Of a stretch of DNA of 64,000 nt, positions 9,980-19,629 are shown piece by piece. The translations under genes and the position numbers were made by a program. A model generated the notes under the pieces. That model did no database searches. It saw only the letters and a program-made list of their open reading frames with translations, and had not been told where the DNA came from. The stretch's first letter is position 1. The number at the start of each line of letters is the position of its first letter. Origin of the DNA: Promethearchaeota archaeon (GTDB lineage: Archaea > Asgardarchaeota > Lokiarchaeia > Sigyniarchaeales > SOKP01); NCBI GenBank assembly GCA_048940445.1, contig JBHLON010000001.1:128001-192000 (forward strand), given 5' to 3'.

Positions 9980-11074
9980 GTGACAAAAATGAAAAAAGCA
10001 TTTATAATACCCTTTCTTTTTCTTATCTTTAGTTCTACACTTCTCATTTTATTCATATTGTCACGTTTGTTTTTCTCAATTCCTTGGATTAACATCCTAT
10101 ATGACTTTATAAGACCTTGGATGGCTCTGATTTTTTACAAATATAATATATATATCTATGGTGGAATTGTAATCTGTTTTGTTGCTTTATTACCTTTATT
10201 TGTTTTAGGATATAATATAGCAAAGTCTAATCAATTACTTGGTTCAATTATATATATTTTTAGTTTATTGGGTTATGTAGTAATTATCTTATTAGCTTCC
10301 TTATTCACATATTTCAGTATTCTATTCAATGAACAACTAACAATCAATACTAGATTAATGCTATTTCTCCTTTTTTTACCAGTAAATTTTACGATAACTC
10401 TAATTCTTTTTTTAGTAAACATCGATTTCTACCTTTTTTTAAAGGATTTGATGAAGGCTAGAAAAGTTTGGAAACATAAAAAACCTGAGTTTGAGGTCGT
10501 CGAGAAAGGTAAAATGACTTATATTAACATTGAAACCGATGAATTTATTTTTACTCCTGTACCAATGTTAATAATCGCAAAACATCTTCAGCAAAAGCGA
10601 TATTCTATTGCTTGGTTTGTAAAGGGAGCATTTAATCATTTATTTTCACTTGTTATTTCATACTTAATTGGGTGGCCGACAGCCAGAAATATGTTATTTC
10701 GCTTCTTAGGAATGAAAATAGGTAAAAATTGCCATATTTCGCAAAAAGCTATACCTGATCCCTTATTACCAGATTTAATTGAATTTGAAGACGGGAGTGG
10801 GTGTGGGATTGGTGTAAAGTTGTTGACTCATAATGCAATGAATATTAAACATGGAAGCTTCAGTTTTGGACCTATCAAAGTCTGTAAAAATGCGAGAATA
10901 GGAGCATATTCTATTATTCTCCCCGGTGTCACAATTGGTGAAGGATCTATTATAGGGGCTCATTCTGTTGTTGCAGAAGATATTCCACCATATAGCATCG
11001 CATTGGGATCTCCAGCGAAGGTTATCAGGGAATTAACAGAAGCCGAAAGAGAGGAAGTAAATAAGAACTATTGA
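9980..11074 (+). CDS. Membrane-bound hexapeptide-repeat (LbH) acyltransferase
   Basis: About 4 N-terminal TM segments, then GMKIGKN, LLTH, IGAYSIILPGVTIGEGSIIGAHSVV and GSPAK. Confidence 0.85.
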   Translation: MTKMKKAFIIPFLFLIFSSTLLILFILSRLFFSIPWINILYDFIRPWMALIFYKYNIYIYGGIVICFVALLPLFVLGYNIAKSNQLLGSIIYIFSLLGYVVIILLASLFTYFSILFNEQLTINTRLMLFLLFLPVNFTITLILFLVNIDFYLFLKDLMKARKVWKHKKPEFEVVEKGKMTYINIETDEFIFTPVPMLIIAKHLQQKRYSIAWFVKGAFNHLFSLVISYLIGWPTARNMLFRFLGMKIGKNCHISQKAIPDPLLPDLIEFEDGSGCGIGVKLLTHNAMNIKHGSFSFGPIKVCKNARIGAYSIILPGVTIGEGSIIGAHSVVAEDIPPYSIALGSPAKVIRELTEAEREEVNKNY

Positions 11075-11075
11075 A

Positions 11076-11858
11076 TTATTTCTCAATAAACTTTTCAATT
11101 AATTCATTTATCTCTTTATGATTGTCAACCATGACTCTATGCGTTCCATTATCAATAACAATCATTTCTGAATTCGGGATTAAATCCTTTAAATTATTAA
11201 GCATTGATTTGTCAATAATTTTGTCTTTATTTCCGTAGATTATAAGAGTTGATTGATGAACTATTAAGTTTTTATTATATAAATGATATTTTCTTGTCAT
11301 ATTTTTAAATGTACTTAAAACTATTGATTTGGGTAATTTTAGGGCATTTAAGTACAGTTTTTTAAACTCAGTATTATCATTTGTATTCGAAACTATTTGG
11401 TGAACAATAGATTTTAAAAATTTTTTATAGAGGATTTTAAAAATTAAATTTACCAAAAAGAGTATTATTTTATCTTTATAAGATGACGTGAATGAAGCAC
11501 TTGTACTAATTAAAATTAATTTTTTTACTAAATCCTTATTTTTTATGGCAATATTTAATGCAATCATTCCCCCTAAAGAATGGCCTACTAGTATAACTTC
11601 ATTATATCCTATAATTTTAAGAAATTCTAAAATTTGATTTGAAAAGAACTCTATAGAGTATTTGGTATTTGGTTTACTTGATTTACCAAAACCGGGTAAA
11701 TCTAATATAATAATATGTCTTTTGGAATTAAAATAGCATATTTGATAAATCCATTCATTTGAACTTCCTAACCAACCATGTATAAATAAAATGGGAATAC
11801 CTTGAATAGTATTTTCAGAATAAAAAATTTTTAAATTAGTAATACTAACAAATGGCAT
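11076..11858 (-). CDS. Alpha/beta hydrolase
   Basis: FIHGW, DLPGFGKS, GHSLGG nucleophile elbow, catalytic D (GNKD) and H (GTH). Confidence 0.9.
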   Translation of the reverse strand: MPFVSITNLKIFYSENTIQGIPILFIHGWLGSSNEWIYQICYFNSKRHIIILDLPGFGKSSKPNTKYSIEFFSNQILEFLKIIGYNEVILVGHSLGGMIALNIAIKNKDLVKKLILISTSASFTSSYKDKIILFLVNLIFKILYKKFLKSIVHQIVSNTNDNTEFKKLYLNALKLPKSIVLSTFKNMTRKYHLYNKNLIVHQSTLIIYGNKDKIIDKSMLNNLKDLIPNSEMIVIDNGTHRVMVDNHKEINELIEKFIEK

Positions 11859-11871
11859 TATTGTTTAACTT

Positions 11872-12903
11872 TTATTTTAATATATTTTGATAGATAAAAT
11901 TTCTAATAGGATGTTTAACAAAATTAGAAGGATTCCAATAACAAGGTTTAAAACAGTTGCAGTAATCAAATTTAAACGCTTTGACTGTTTTGACTCGTTT
12001 CTTATGATGTAATGTAATAAAATCATTAAATTGAATATTAGTATTTACATCTTCACAGAGCATTACGGAACCATCATTATCTATTGAGTAATATAAATCT
12101 CCAGCATCGCAATTCCAATAGCTTCCTTTTTGATACCATTTATTCATGTAATAATAATAGATATTCGGGGAGAAAATTTGGATACCTAATCTTTTGAGAT
12201 TTTGAATTGTTTTCCTTAATCTCTCCATTTGTTCTTTCTTTAACAATAAATCAGGACAATAATTTCTATATTGATATTCTTCAGAGGGCTTTAATGATGA
12301 GTGAACAGGATCTATTGAAAATCGACAATCTATTTTTGAATTGATAATTTTTATTAGAGGAATAAGCCTTTGTATATTCTTTTTAGTAGGTACAATATGA
12401 ATGCAATAATCAATATTATCAGGATACTTCCTTTTTATGTTATGAAGTAATTCAAATAATTCTGGACGATATCTTTTCGGACTAAAACTTGTTTCTCTTA
12501 AATCATCAATACTAATTCCTAAAAGGAAGTAACCATATGACGCAAATTCTTCAAGTAAAGGTTCAGATAATAAAGTACCATTAGTAACTACATGAGTGAA
12601 TGTATTTAAATTTATACAATATTTCAAAAGTTCCCCTAAGTCTGATCTAAGGGTGGGTTCTCCTCCATATATTGTAATAAACCTGCATCCTTGATTATAA
12701 ATTTGATTTATTATTCTCTTCCATTGATTTAACGATATATCTGCTTTTTGATTTCTTTTTGAAGCAGCACAATAATTACAATCAAGGTTACACTTCCTAG
12801 TAAAAAATAGGCTAACGAATACAGGTCCTTTTATTATTCTAAAAATTCTCTTTAAATAACTGACTCCAACTTTTCTTAAAATGGTGTTTTTTTTATTTGT
12901 CAT
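11872..12903 (-). CDS. Radical SAM protein with C-terminal twitch/SPASM-like Cys region
   Basis: CNLDCNYC, GGEP, TNG; C-terminal CDAG...GSVMLC...CNCFKPC. Confidence 0.9.
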   Translation of the reverse strand: MTNKKNTILRKVGVSYLKRIFRIIKGPVFVSLFFTRKCNLDCNYCAASKRNQKADISLNQWKRIINQIYNQGCRFITIYGGEPTLRSDLGELLKYCINLNTFTHVVTNGTLLSEPLLEEFASYGYFLLGISIDDLRETSFSPKRYRPELFELLHNIKRKYPDNIDYCIHIVPTKKNIQRLIPLIKIINSKIDCRFSIDPVHSSLKPSEEYQYRNYCPDLLLKKEQMERLRKTIQNLKRLGIQIFSPNIYYYYMNKWYQKGSYWNCDAGDLYYSIDNDGSVMLCEDVNTNIQFNDFITLHHKKRVKTVKAFKFDYCNCFKPCYWNPSNFVKHPIRNFIYQNILK

Positions 12904-12958
12904 CTTTAAATTTTCTTAATCGAATGATTAAAATAAGTAAATATACTAAAAAATATTA

Positions 12959-13948
12959 ATGACTCAAGTTTTGCAACCAGTGTCCATTGTTGTTCCTATA
13001 AAAAATAGGGGTAATTTTCTTCCCAGTTTAATTAAAAATCTCCAAGATTTAAATTATCCAAAATATGAGATCATTATTGTTGATGATGGATCAACAGATA
13101 ATACAAAAGATTTATTAAAAAAGTCTCAGATCAAATCAATTTTACTAACAAAATCGGTTGGATCTGCGGAAGCAAGAAATCTAGGGATTAGGCAAGCAAA
13201 ATACAAAGTTATCGCTCTTACAGACTCAGATTGTTTTGTATCAAGAAATTGGTTAAGAAACTTAGTTCCATTTTTAAATAAGTATGATATAGTTGGGGGT
13301 AAGGTCTTATTTTGCGATAAATCTGAACGAAAATTAAATCCATTTAGTCAAAATGATGAGGTAATCATACGTAAAGATTCAAATATTAATTTTCTTAATA
13401 CAAGTAATATGTTATTAAAAAAAGATGTTTGGAACTTAGCAGGTGGATTCCTAAGTTATAGAATTGAAGATTTAGAATTTTCCTGGAGATCTATAAAAAA
13501 AGGATTTAAATTAATCTACGTTCCAAAGGGCTTAGTAATTCATTATGGAAAAAGAAATCCTCTTCAAAATATTAAAAAATATTTTCATTATGGGAAAGCT
13601 TATTCAGAAATTGTATCAATCCATAAGATGGAATTTATATTTAAATCAGAGCCTATTTTTAATTCTAAATCAATTAGAGACTATATTCCAATAATAATCT
13701 ATTCAAATGTCGTATTCTTAGTGTTTTTTATAAGTGGTTTTTTCCTTTTTAATAAGATATTTGGATTTTCATTTTTAAACGTTGCATCCTTTCTTTTTGT
13801 TTATTTATTTTTTCGATTCATAATAAAAGTTGATGTAATTTACAAATTATATAAATTTAGTATCACATTTAGCATAATATTATATACTCTAATCTATATG
13901 CTAAAAAATAAGAAAAAAAGAAGACAGTTTAATAAAGCCAATCAATAA
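12959..13948 (+). CDS. Glycosyltransferase family 2 with C-terminal TM helices
   Basis: SIVVP, DDGSTD, ARN, TDSDC and ED motifs; hydrophobic C-terminus. Confidence 0.88.
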   Translation: MTQVLQPVSIVVPIKNRGNFLPSLIKNLQDLNYPKYEIIIVDDGSTDNTKDLLKKSQIKSILLTKSVGSAEARNLGIRQAKYKVIALTDSDCFVSRNWLRNLVPFLNKYDIVGGKVLFCDKSERKLNPFSQNDEVIIRKDSNINFLNTSNMLLKKDVWNLAGGFLSYRIEDLEFSWRSIKKGFKLIYVPKGLVIHYGKRNPLQNIKKYFHYGKAYSEIVSIHKMEFIFKSEPIFNSKSIRDYIPIIIYSNVVFLVFFISGFFLFNKIFGFSFLNVASFLFVYLFFRFIIKVDVIYKLYKFSITFSIILYTLIYMLKNKKKRRQFNKANQ

Positions 13949-15239
13949 TAGAGGAACAACTTTTACCTTGTACGTTTTTTAATCGTCCAATGATTCTAAA
14001 AGTGGCACCTTCATACCCACATTCTGGACAATTCTTTTTTGAAATAAGTTCTACAATATCATCGACTAGAACCGCTTGATTAATGCTTCCATTCACACCA
14101 TATGGCGTAATTACTTCTAGAAGGCCCTCCATTCCATCATTAACTGGTTCTAGACTTTCTATATCTCTTACTATAATCCTAGATGTATCTGGACAATGTA
14201 ATATGAAATCTTGATATTTTTCAGACCAATGCCCTCCAAAAAGTGTAGGTCCTTCAGTGAATGCATAAATATCAGCTATATCCTTTGGCTTGATATTAAA
14301 AACCTTTTCATAATTTTGAATAAACCTAAGTTTATCAACAGCATTTAATTTTGCCTCCCCTTTAACTCCATCCCATCCTCCTCCACCACAACCAACGAAG
14401 GACATACCATCAAGATCATAAAAAATATTTTCCTTCAATAATCTATTCTCAAACATATTATTCATTAATAGAGGACTCCCACCAAATAATAATTTGCATA
14501 CTTCAGTATTTTTCCATTGATTTGTTTTCACAATTTTTTTTATTATTTTTAACATTCTGCTTACATCTACGATGAAACCACCTTTCATTGAAAGAGTTGA
14601 CAGAATCGCCCAGATTGTTTTTAAAAATTTGGCTTTTACCATATATTCCTCAAAACCATAGTATTCCCATGGTTTATTCATACACGCCGTAAAGTAGCGT
14701 GTCTTTTTAACATATTCAAACCCTTTAACATTTTTTCTTGCCATCATTGCCATTAAGAAACGTCCAGGTGCAAAGTTAAAGATAACGCTCTTCTTATTTT
14801 CTGTTCTTAAATCTTTCCACCTGAAAAATTCATTAAATACTTTAATTGAATTATATTGGATTTGATCGAAATCTTCTAGTGTACGAGGGACTATAGAAGG
14901 ATCTCCTGAAGTAGAAGAAGAACATGAAAAAAGAACTATATCATCTAGAGGTACTTTTAGCAGGTTTAGAGTTCGGTTCTCACTTTTTTTATATAAATCT
15001 GAAGGGATATAGGGAATATTATCCAGATTATTACTATTTATTTCATCAGGAATGGAAAAGTCGAACTTTTTACACAGATCTTCTCGATAATACCTACAGT
15101 TACTATAAGAGAATTTTATTTGTTCTAAAACATCATTATAAAATGTCTTATCCGAATATTGATGCAATTCTGAATCAAAATATTTTCTCTTCAGTTCTTT
15201 GGGTAAATAATCATGTACTTTATATTTCAAGAAAATCAC
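13929..15239 (-). CDS. LuxE/PaaK-like acyl-protein synthetase (ANL-related)
   Basis: IPYIP, SSSTSGDPS (variant of SSGTSG), GGGW, YAFTE, GLLEVITP, DD, FRIIGR and terminal GKSCS resembling the LuxE acyl-Cys region. Confidence 0.78.
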   Translation of the reverse strand: MIFLKYKVHDYLPKELKRKYFDSELHQYSDKTFYNDVLEQIKFSYSNCRYYREDLCKKFDFSIPDEINSNNLDNIPYIPSDLYKKSENRTLNLLKVPLDDIVLFSCSSSTSGDPSIVPRTLEDFDQIQYNSIKVFNEFFRWKDLRTENKKSVIFNFAPGRFLMAMMARKNVKGFEYVKKTRYFTACMNKPWEYYGFEEYMVKAKFLKTIWAILSTLSMKGGFIVDVSRMLKIIKKIVKTNQWKNTEVCKLLFGGSPLLMNNMFENRLLKENIFYDLDGMSFVGCGGGGWDGVKGEAKLNAVDKLRFIQNYEKVFNIKPKDIADIYAFTEGPTLFGGHWSEKYQDFILHCPDTSRIIVRDIESLEPVNDGMEGLLEVITPYGVNGSINQAVLVDDIVELISKKNCPECGYEGATFRIIGRLKNVQGKSCSSIIDWLY

Positions 15240-15247
15240 ATTATATA

Positions 15248-15272
15248 AAAAAACCAGTCTAGTTGGTTTTTT
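15248..15272. terminator. Short inverted repeat flanked by A/T tracts between the GT2 and LuxE-like genes
   Basis: aaaaaacca-gtctagt-tggtttttt. Confidence 0.3.
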
Positions 15273-15348
15273 AATTGATTATAATAATTTTAGTCTATTT
15301 TTATATATATTCCCTCTTAACTAAAATAAAAAGAAAAAAGAAAAAGTT

Positions 15349-16701
15349 TTATTTTGTAGATAAAGCTATTATTTCAGCTTCTTGTTTTTCAAATAACATA
15401 GGAGTTTTTTCCCAACTTAATTCCTTTGGAAGTTTAAATTGACGTAAAAACATGTATAAATGAATATAACCACTAATTAGAAAGACTAGCAAAACACTGT
15501 AATGTTTATCGCCATACTTTCTAATAGCATTGAATAGATAGCCAAACATAAAAAGTAGACAAGAAGTACTCCAAATTAGTAAATAATATTCCCCAATTAG
15601 AAAGAAAAGGACCATAAATCCAATGACTATAGGAATCCAAGTATCTATATTCCCTATTAACATCATTGTCATATTTCTCGCGATAATTAAAGATTTGCCA
15701 TTTTTATGCTCGCTTTTCATTGCCATCAACTGAGGCATATCAAAAATAAACCCTGCAAGCCATCTTGTACGTTGTTGAGTTAATATTTCCCATGTACTTG
15801 GTACATATTCGTAAATTTTAGCTTTAGGAGAAAAGAGTATTTTAACTCCGTCTAAGTTTAAAAGTACAGATAAATAAAGATCTTCAGTCATAGAATCTTC
15901 ATTAAAACCTCCATATTTCCTTAAAAATTTAGTTCTAACAGCAAAATTTCTTCCGAATGAATAAGCTGAAGACCCCAACCGATTTTTAATTTCAAAAAGC
16001 AAACCTCCACCCGAAACCATAGCATAATCAAGAAGAATTCCTCGGGTTAAATTATTTTCTTTCCAATTTTTAACTAACACTGGTCCTATAACCGCATTAT
16101 TGTTATCATTTTGAAATGGTGAAATCAAATCTTTTAGGGTATCTGGTTCTAAAATACAGCCTGAGTCATAAAGTAGAACGATATCGTGTTTGACATATTT
16201 TAAACCATAATTCAAAGCTGGAGGTTTACCCTTCTTTGCTAAGCTATCTGATAACACCTCAATATCTATCATATTGTATGTCATAGCAAACTTTTGACAA
16301 AACTCTGTTGTATCGTCTGTAGAACCACTTGTGATTATGATTATTTGGATATTTTCTTTTGGATAATTTGAATTAACAATAGATGTTAATGTTCTTTCCA
16401 GAAGGATTCGCTCACTTTTAGAGGCAATCATTATGCTTATTTTTGGATAATAAGTTGTTTTAGTCTTATAACCACTTCCAAATGAGGCTAAAAAGTGAAT
16501 TCCATAATAAAGAAGCAAGCCCCATATCATTACAAGCCCTATTAAAGGAAATATAAACCACCAATAAGTTAAAGGATCAGTAAAGAAGGCATTAATAGAA
16601 TCTCTTACGCCTGAAGTCCAGAAAGATGGAAAGTATATATGGAAAATAACATATAAAACTACCAAAAAGAACCCATATAATATGATTTTTGACATTTTCA
16701 T
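15349..16701 (-). CDS. Integral-membrane GT2 (cellulose/PNAG synthase-like signature)
   Basis: KPPALN, TED and QRTRW (QxxRW) motifs; TM segments at both ends. Confidence 0.88.
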   Translation of the reverse strand: MKMSKIILYGFFLVVLYVIFHIYFPSFWTSGVRDSINAFFTDPLTYWWFIFPLIGLVMIWGLLLYYGIHFLASFGSGYKTKTTYYPKISIMIASKSERILLERTLTSIVNSNYPKENIQIIIITSGSTDDTTEFCQKFAMTYNMIDIEVLSDSLAKKGKPPALNYGLKYVKHDIVLLYDSGCILEPDTLKDLISPFQNDNNNAVIGPVLVKNWKENNLTRGILLDYAMVSGGGLLFEIKNRLGSSAYSFGRNFAVRTKFLRKYGGFNEDSMTEDLYLSVLLNLDGVKILFSPKAKIYEYVPSTWEILTQQRTRWLAGFIFDMPQLMAMKSEHKNGKSLIIARNMTMMLIGNIDTWIPIVIGFMVLFFLIGEYYLLIWSTSCLLFMFGYLFNAIRKYGDKHYSVLLVFLISGYIHLYMFLRQFKLPKELSWEKTPMLFEKQEAEIIALSTK

Positions 16702-16722
16702 TGAGAATCACGTTTTTATTTT

Positions 16723-17673
16723 TTATTTTAATACTCCATTTTTTTTATCCATTTCCTTTAATCCTTTATAGATGTATCGCCCAAATGGTATTACTGATAT
16801 GACCATAATTATAAATAAACTAATTTGAAAAATAAACATTGTCCATGTAGTTATCCATGTATGAACCGATGCCCATATTGTTGTACTAGAGGGATTGATT
16901 AAATATGTAATCAACATAGTTAGACTTGAGACTCCATACATTGCAAAAAATGTAGCAGTTACCAAAAATCGAGTAATTCTTTCACCTATAAAGGGCTTTG
17001 TTTCCTTCATTCCTAAACCTTCATGTCTCGCTCTCATATATTCATAAATAAAAATAAGGAATATATTTGTCCATACTATCCATCTAAAATTAAGACCATA
17101 AGCATTTATAATCATATAATTGGCGGGAATTAAGCATACAAACATAAGTATATCACAAATTCGATCAATTACATTATCTAACCAAGCACCTCGTTTTGAT
17201 TTAATGTTTAGTAAACGAGCTATAGCCCCATCAATTCCATCAATAATACCCGTAAAAAGTACCAATATTGCCAAAGGAAGAAACCATGCACCATAAAAAG
17301 GTTGTTCAGAGAATAAGTTAACACCAGGTAAAGTCCCGTCCCCAAGCATAACAACACAATAAAAGATTAGGAAGGATAAAATTAAATTCATAAAAGAAAC
17401 TTTATTTGGAGTTAATCCCCACCTTATGAAGATCTTTGCCCCTCTATATGTTATTGGCATATAAATCTTTCCAGAAGGGTCTTTTTTCATTTTGGTAAAA
17501 TAATCTTCTAACTTGTGAGCTGATCCATGATCTCTAATCCAATCTTTAATGAAGTCATCTAAACTCATAAATTCTTGATTTGGTTTCCTATTAGGAATTC
17601 CACTAATTAAAATAATTATAAGTAACAATATCAAAATTAATGGAAATATTACTTCGAAAATAATTTCTGTCAT
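16723..17673 (-). CDS. CDP-alcohol phosphatidyltransferase
   Basis: TPN plus the full signature DGIDGAIAR-x8-G-x3-D-x3-D (GAWLDNVIDRICD); YMRAR and ER motifs. Confidence 0.92.
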   Translation of the reverse strand: MTEIIFEVIFPLILILLLIIILISGIPNRKPNQEFMSLDDFIKDWIRDHGSAHKLEDYFTKMKKDPSGKIYMPITYRGAKIFIRWGLTPNKVSFMNLILSFLIFYCVVMLGDGTLPGVNLFSEQPFYGAWFLPLAILVLFTGIIDGIDGAIARLLNIKSKRGAWLDNVIDRICDILMFVCLIPANYMIINAYGLNFRWIVWTNIFLIFIYEYMRARHEGLGMKETKPFIGERITRFLVTATFFAMYGVSSLTMLITYLINPSSTTIWASVHTWITTWTMFIFQISLFIIMVISVIPFGRYIYKGLKEMDKKNGVLK

Positions 17674-17906
17674 CTAATACACCTATATTAACTAATTTAT
17701 TTGTTTAAGCAATAAATTTTGATTTGGTAATTAAAGTTAGAGTTTTCAATATATATAAATTTAGTGCAAATCCCTTTTTGTTCTAAAATAATTATTTTAT
17801 CTTATCTATCTTATTTATTAGAATTCTAAATTACTTTAAATATAATACACAGTATTAAATAATCACAGATTCATAAAAAATTAAACAATAGATAAGATGA
17901 TTAAAA

Positions 17907-19628
17907 CTGGAAATTGATGATAATCTAAAAAATAATACTTCTGTTGCTTATATATCAATGGAAATAGGTTTAGATTCTAATATCCCAACTTATAGTGGTG
18001 GTTTAGGAGTACTATCAGGAGATACAGTAAGATCTGCTGCTGATTTAGAGATCCCAATGGTAGCAGTTTGCCTATGTTACAGTTCAGGATACTTTTTTCA
18101 ATTATTTAATGAAGCTGGTGAACAAAAGGAAAAAGAAGTCGAATGGAATTTTTTCTATGAATTTGATAAAGTTGAGAAACCCATTTCTGTTAAAATTGAG
18201 AATCGAGAAGTTAGGGTCTCTGCATGGCTTTACAAAGTCATTGGTCAATCAGGTCATGTTTTACCTGTCTATCTTCTTACAACTGATGTTGAGGGAAATG
18301 AACCATGGATGAAAAAGATGACAGGATCTCTATACGATTCAACTTCGCGATGGAATCGCATTGTCCAAGAAATAATCCTTGGAATTGGTGGTGTTCGCCT
18401 CCTAAACTCCCTAGGATATGAAAATATTAAAACTTATCATCTTAATGAGGGTCATGGAAGTTTTGCTTCAATTGAATTATATAATATGTATAAAGGGGAC
18501 ATTGAAAAGATTAAGTCAAGTGTTGTTTTTACTACTCATACACCTGTAGCTGCTGGACATGATAGATTTGATCAAAGTTTGGTAACTAAAGTTTTTGAAA
18601 ATAGAATTCCTGAACGAATTCGAAAGTTTGGTGAGGATAATGGGCAATTTAATATGACATTTTTGGGGATGAACCTCTCAAGATATCGGAATGCAGTTTC
18701 AAGAAAACATGTTGAAATAACTAAACAAATGTTCCCAAAATATGAAATTGACTATATTACAAATGGAATTCATTTACCCTTCTGGGTATCAAAACCATTT
18801 AGAAAAATGTTTGATAGAAAGTTTCCTAATTGGAAGGCAAACCCATCTTTACTGCAAAATGCAATCGAGTTAGATGATCTAGATGTTTTCGATGCTCACA
18901 TTAAAAATAAATTCAATCTTATTAGCTATCAAAAGGGCCATTCATGGAATTTATTAGATGAAGAATTAATAACAATCGGTTTTGCAAAAAGATTTGCTAC
19001 TTATAAAAGAGGTACTTTAATTTTCCATGATATTGATAGATTAGGAAAAATCTGTAAGGGAAGTGTACAATTTATATTTGCAGGTAAGGCTCACCCTAAA
19101 GATGAAATGGGGAAGGATTATATCAAGAAAGTTTATGAATCAGGCAACTATTTGTATGATAACTATGGAGTTAAAGTCGTTTTAATGGAGAATTATAATA
19201 TGGATTTAGCACATATGTTAGTTTCAGGGTGTGATGTTTGGTTAAATACTCCTGAAAGATATCGTGAAGCAAGCGGTACTAGTGGCATGAAAGCAGCATT
19301 AAATGGTGTATTAAATTTCAGTATTCAAGATGGATGGTGGTTAGAAGGTTATAAAAAAAATGCTTTATCAGGATGGGCTATTGGGCCTAATGATCAAAAT
19401 CCAAAAGATCCAGGGATCTCTAATAATTGGGACATTGATTCGAAAGAAATTTATAAGATTTTAGAGAACAGTATAATTCCAACCTATTTAAATCATGACG
19501 AGTGGCTATTTAAATGTAAAAATGCAATATCACTAGCTGCTTACTTCAATACGCATCGTATGATTGAAGAATACGCTGAAAAAGCCTACAAATTAAGAAA
19601 ACAAAGACCTTGGAAATATTTTGAATAA
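17907..19628 (+). CDS. glgP: Alpha-glucan (glycogen/maltodextrin) phosphorylase, GT35
   Basis: YSGGLGVL, HLNEGH, FTTHTP, RFATYKR and the PLP motif EASGTSGMK. The conserved VAYISMEIG motif starts upstream of ATG 17958, so I place the start tentatively at CTG 17907. Confidence 0.9.
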   Translation: MEIDDNLKNNTSVAYISMEIGLDSNIPTYSGGLGVLSGDTVRSAADLEIPMVAVCLCYSSGYFFQLFNEAGEQKEKEVEWNFFYEFDKVEKPISVKIENREVRVSAWLYKVIGQSGHVLPVYLLTTDVEGNEPWMKKMTGSLYDSTSRWNRIVQEIILGIGGVRLLNSLGYENIKTYHLNEGHGSFASIELYNMYKGDIEKIKSSVVFTTHTPVAAGHDRFDQSLVTKVFENRIPERIRKFGEDNGQFNMTFLGMNLSRYRNAVSRKHVEITKQMFPKYEIDYITNGIHLPFWVSKPFRKMFDRKFPNWKANPSLLQNAIELDDLDVFDAHIKNKFNLISYQKGHSWNLLDEELITIGFAKRFATYKRGTLIFHDIDRLGKICKGSVQFIFAGKAHPKDEMGKDYIKKVYESGNYLYDNYGVKVVLMENYNMDLAHMLVSGCDVWLNTPERYREASGTSGMKAALNGVLNFSIQDGWWLEGYKKNALSGWAIGPNDQNPKDPGISNNWDIDSKEIYKILENSIIPTYLNHDEWLFKCKNAISLAAYFNTHRMIEEYAEKAYKLRKQRPWKYFE

Positions 19629-19629
19629 A

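Noticed and set aside
11872-13948. Mycofactocin or other RiPP cluster (radical SAM + GT2)
   Set aside because: No precursor peptide, RRE chaperone or full SPASM motif seen.
13929-15239. Bioluminescence (lux) operon
   Set aside because: No luxA/B/C/D genes in the window.
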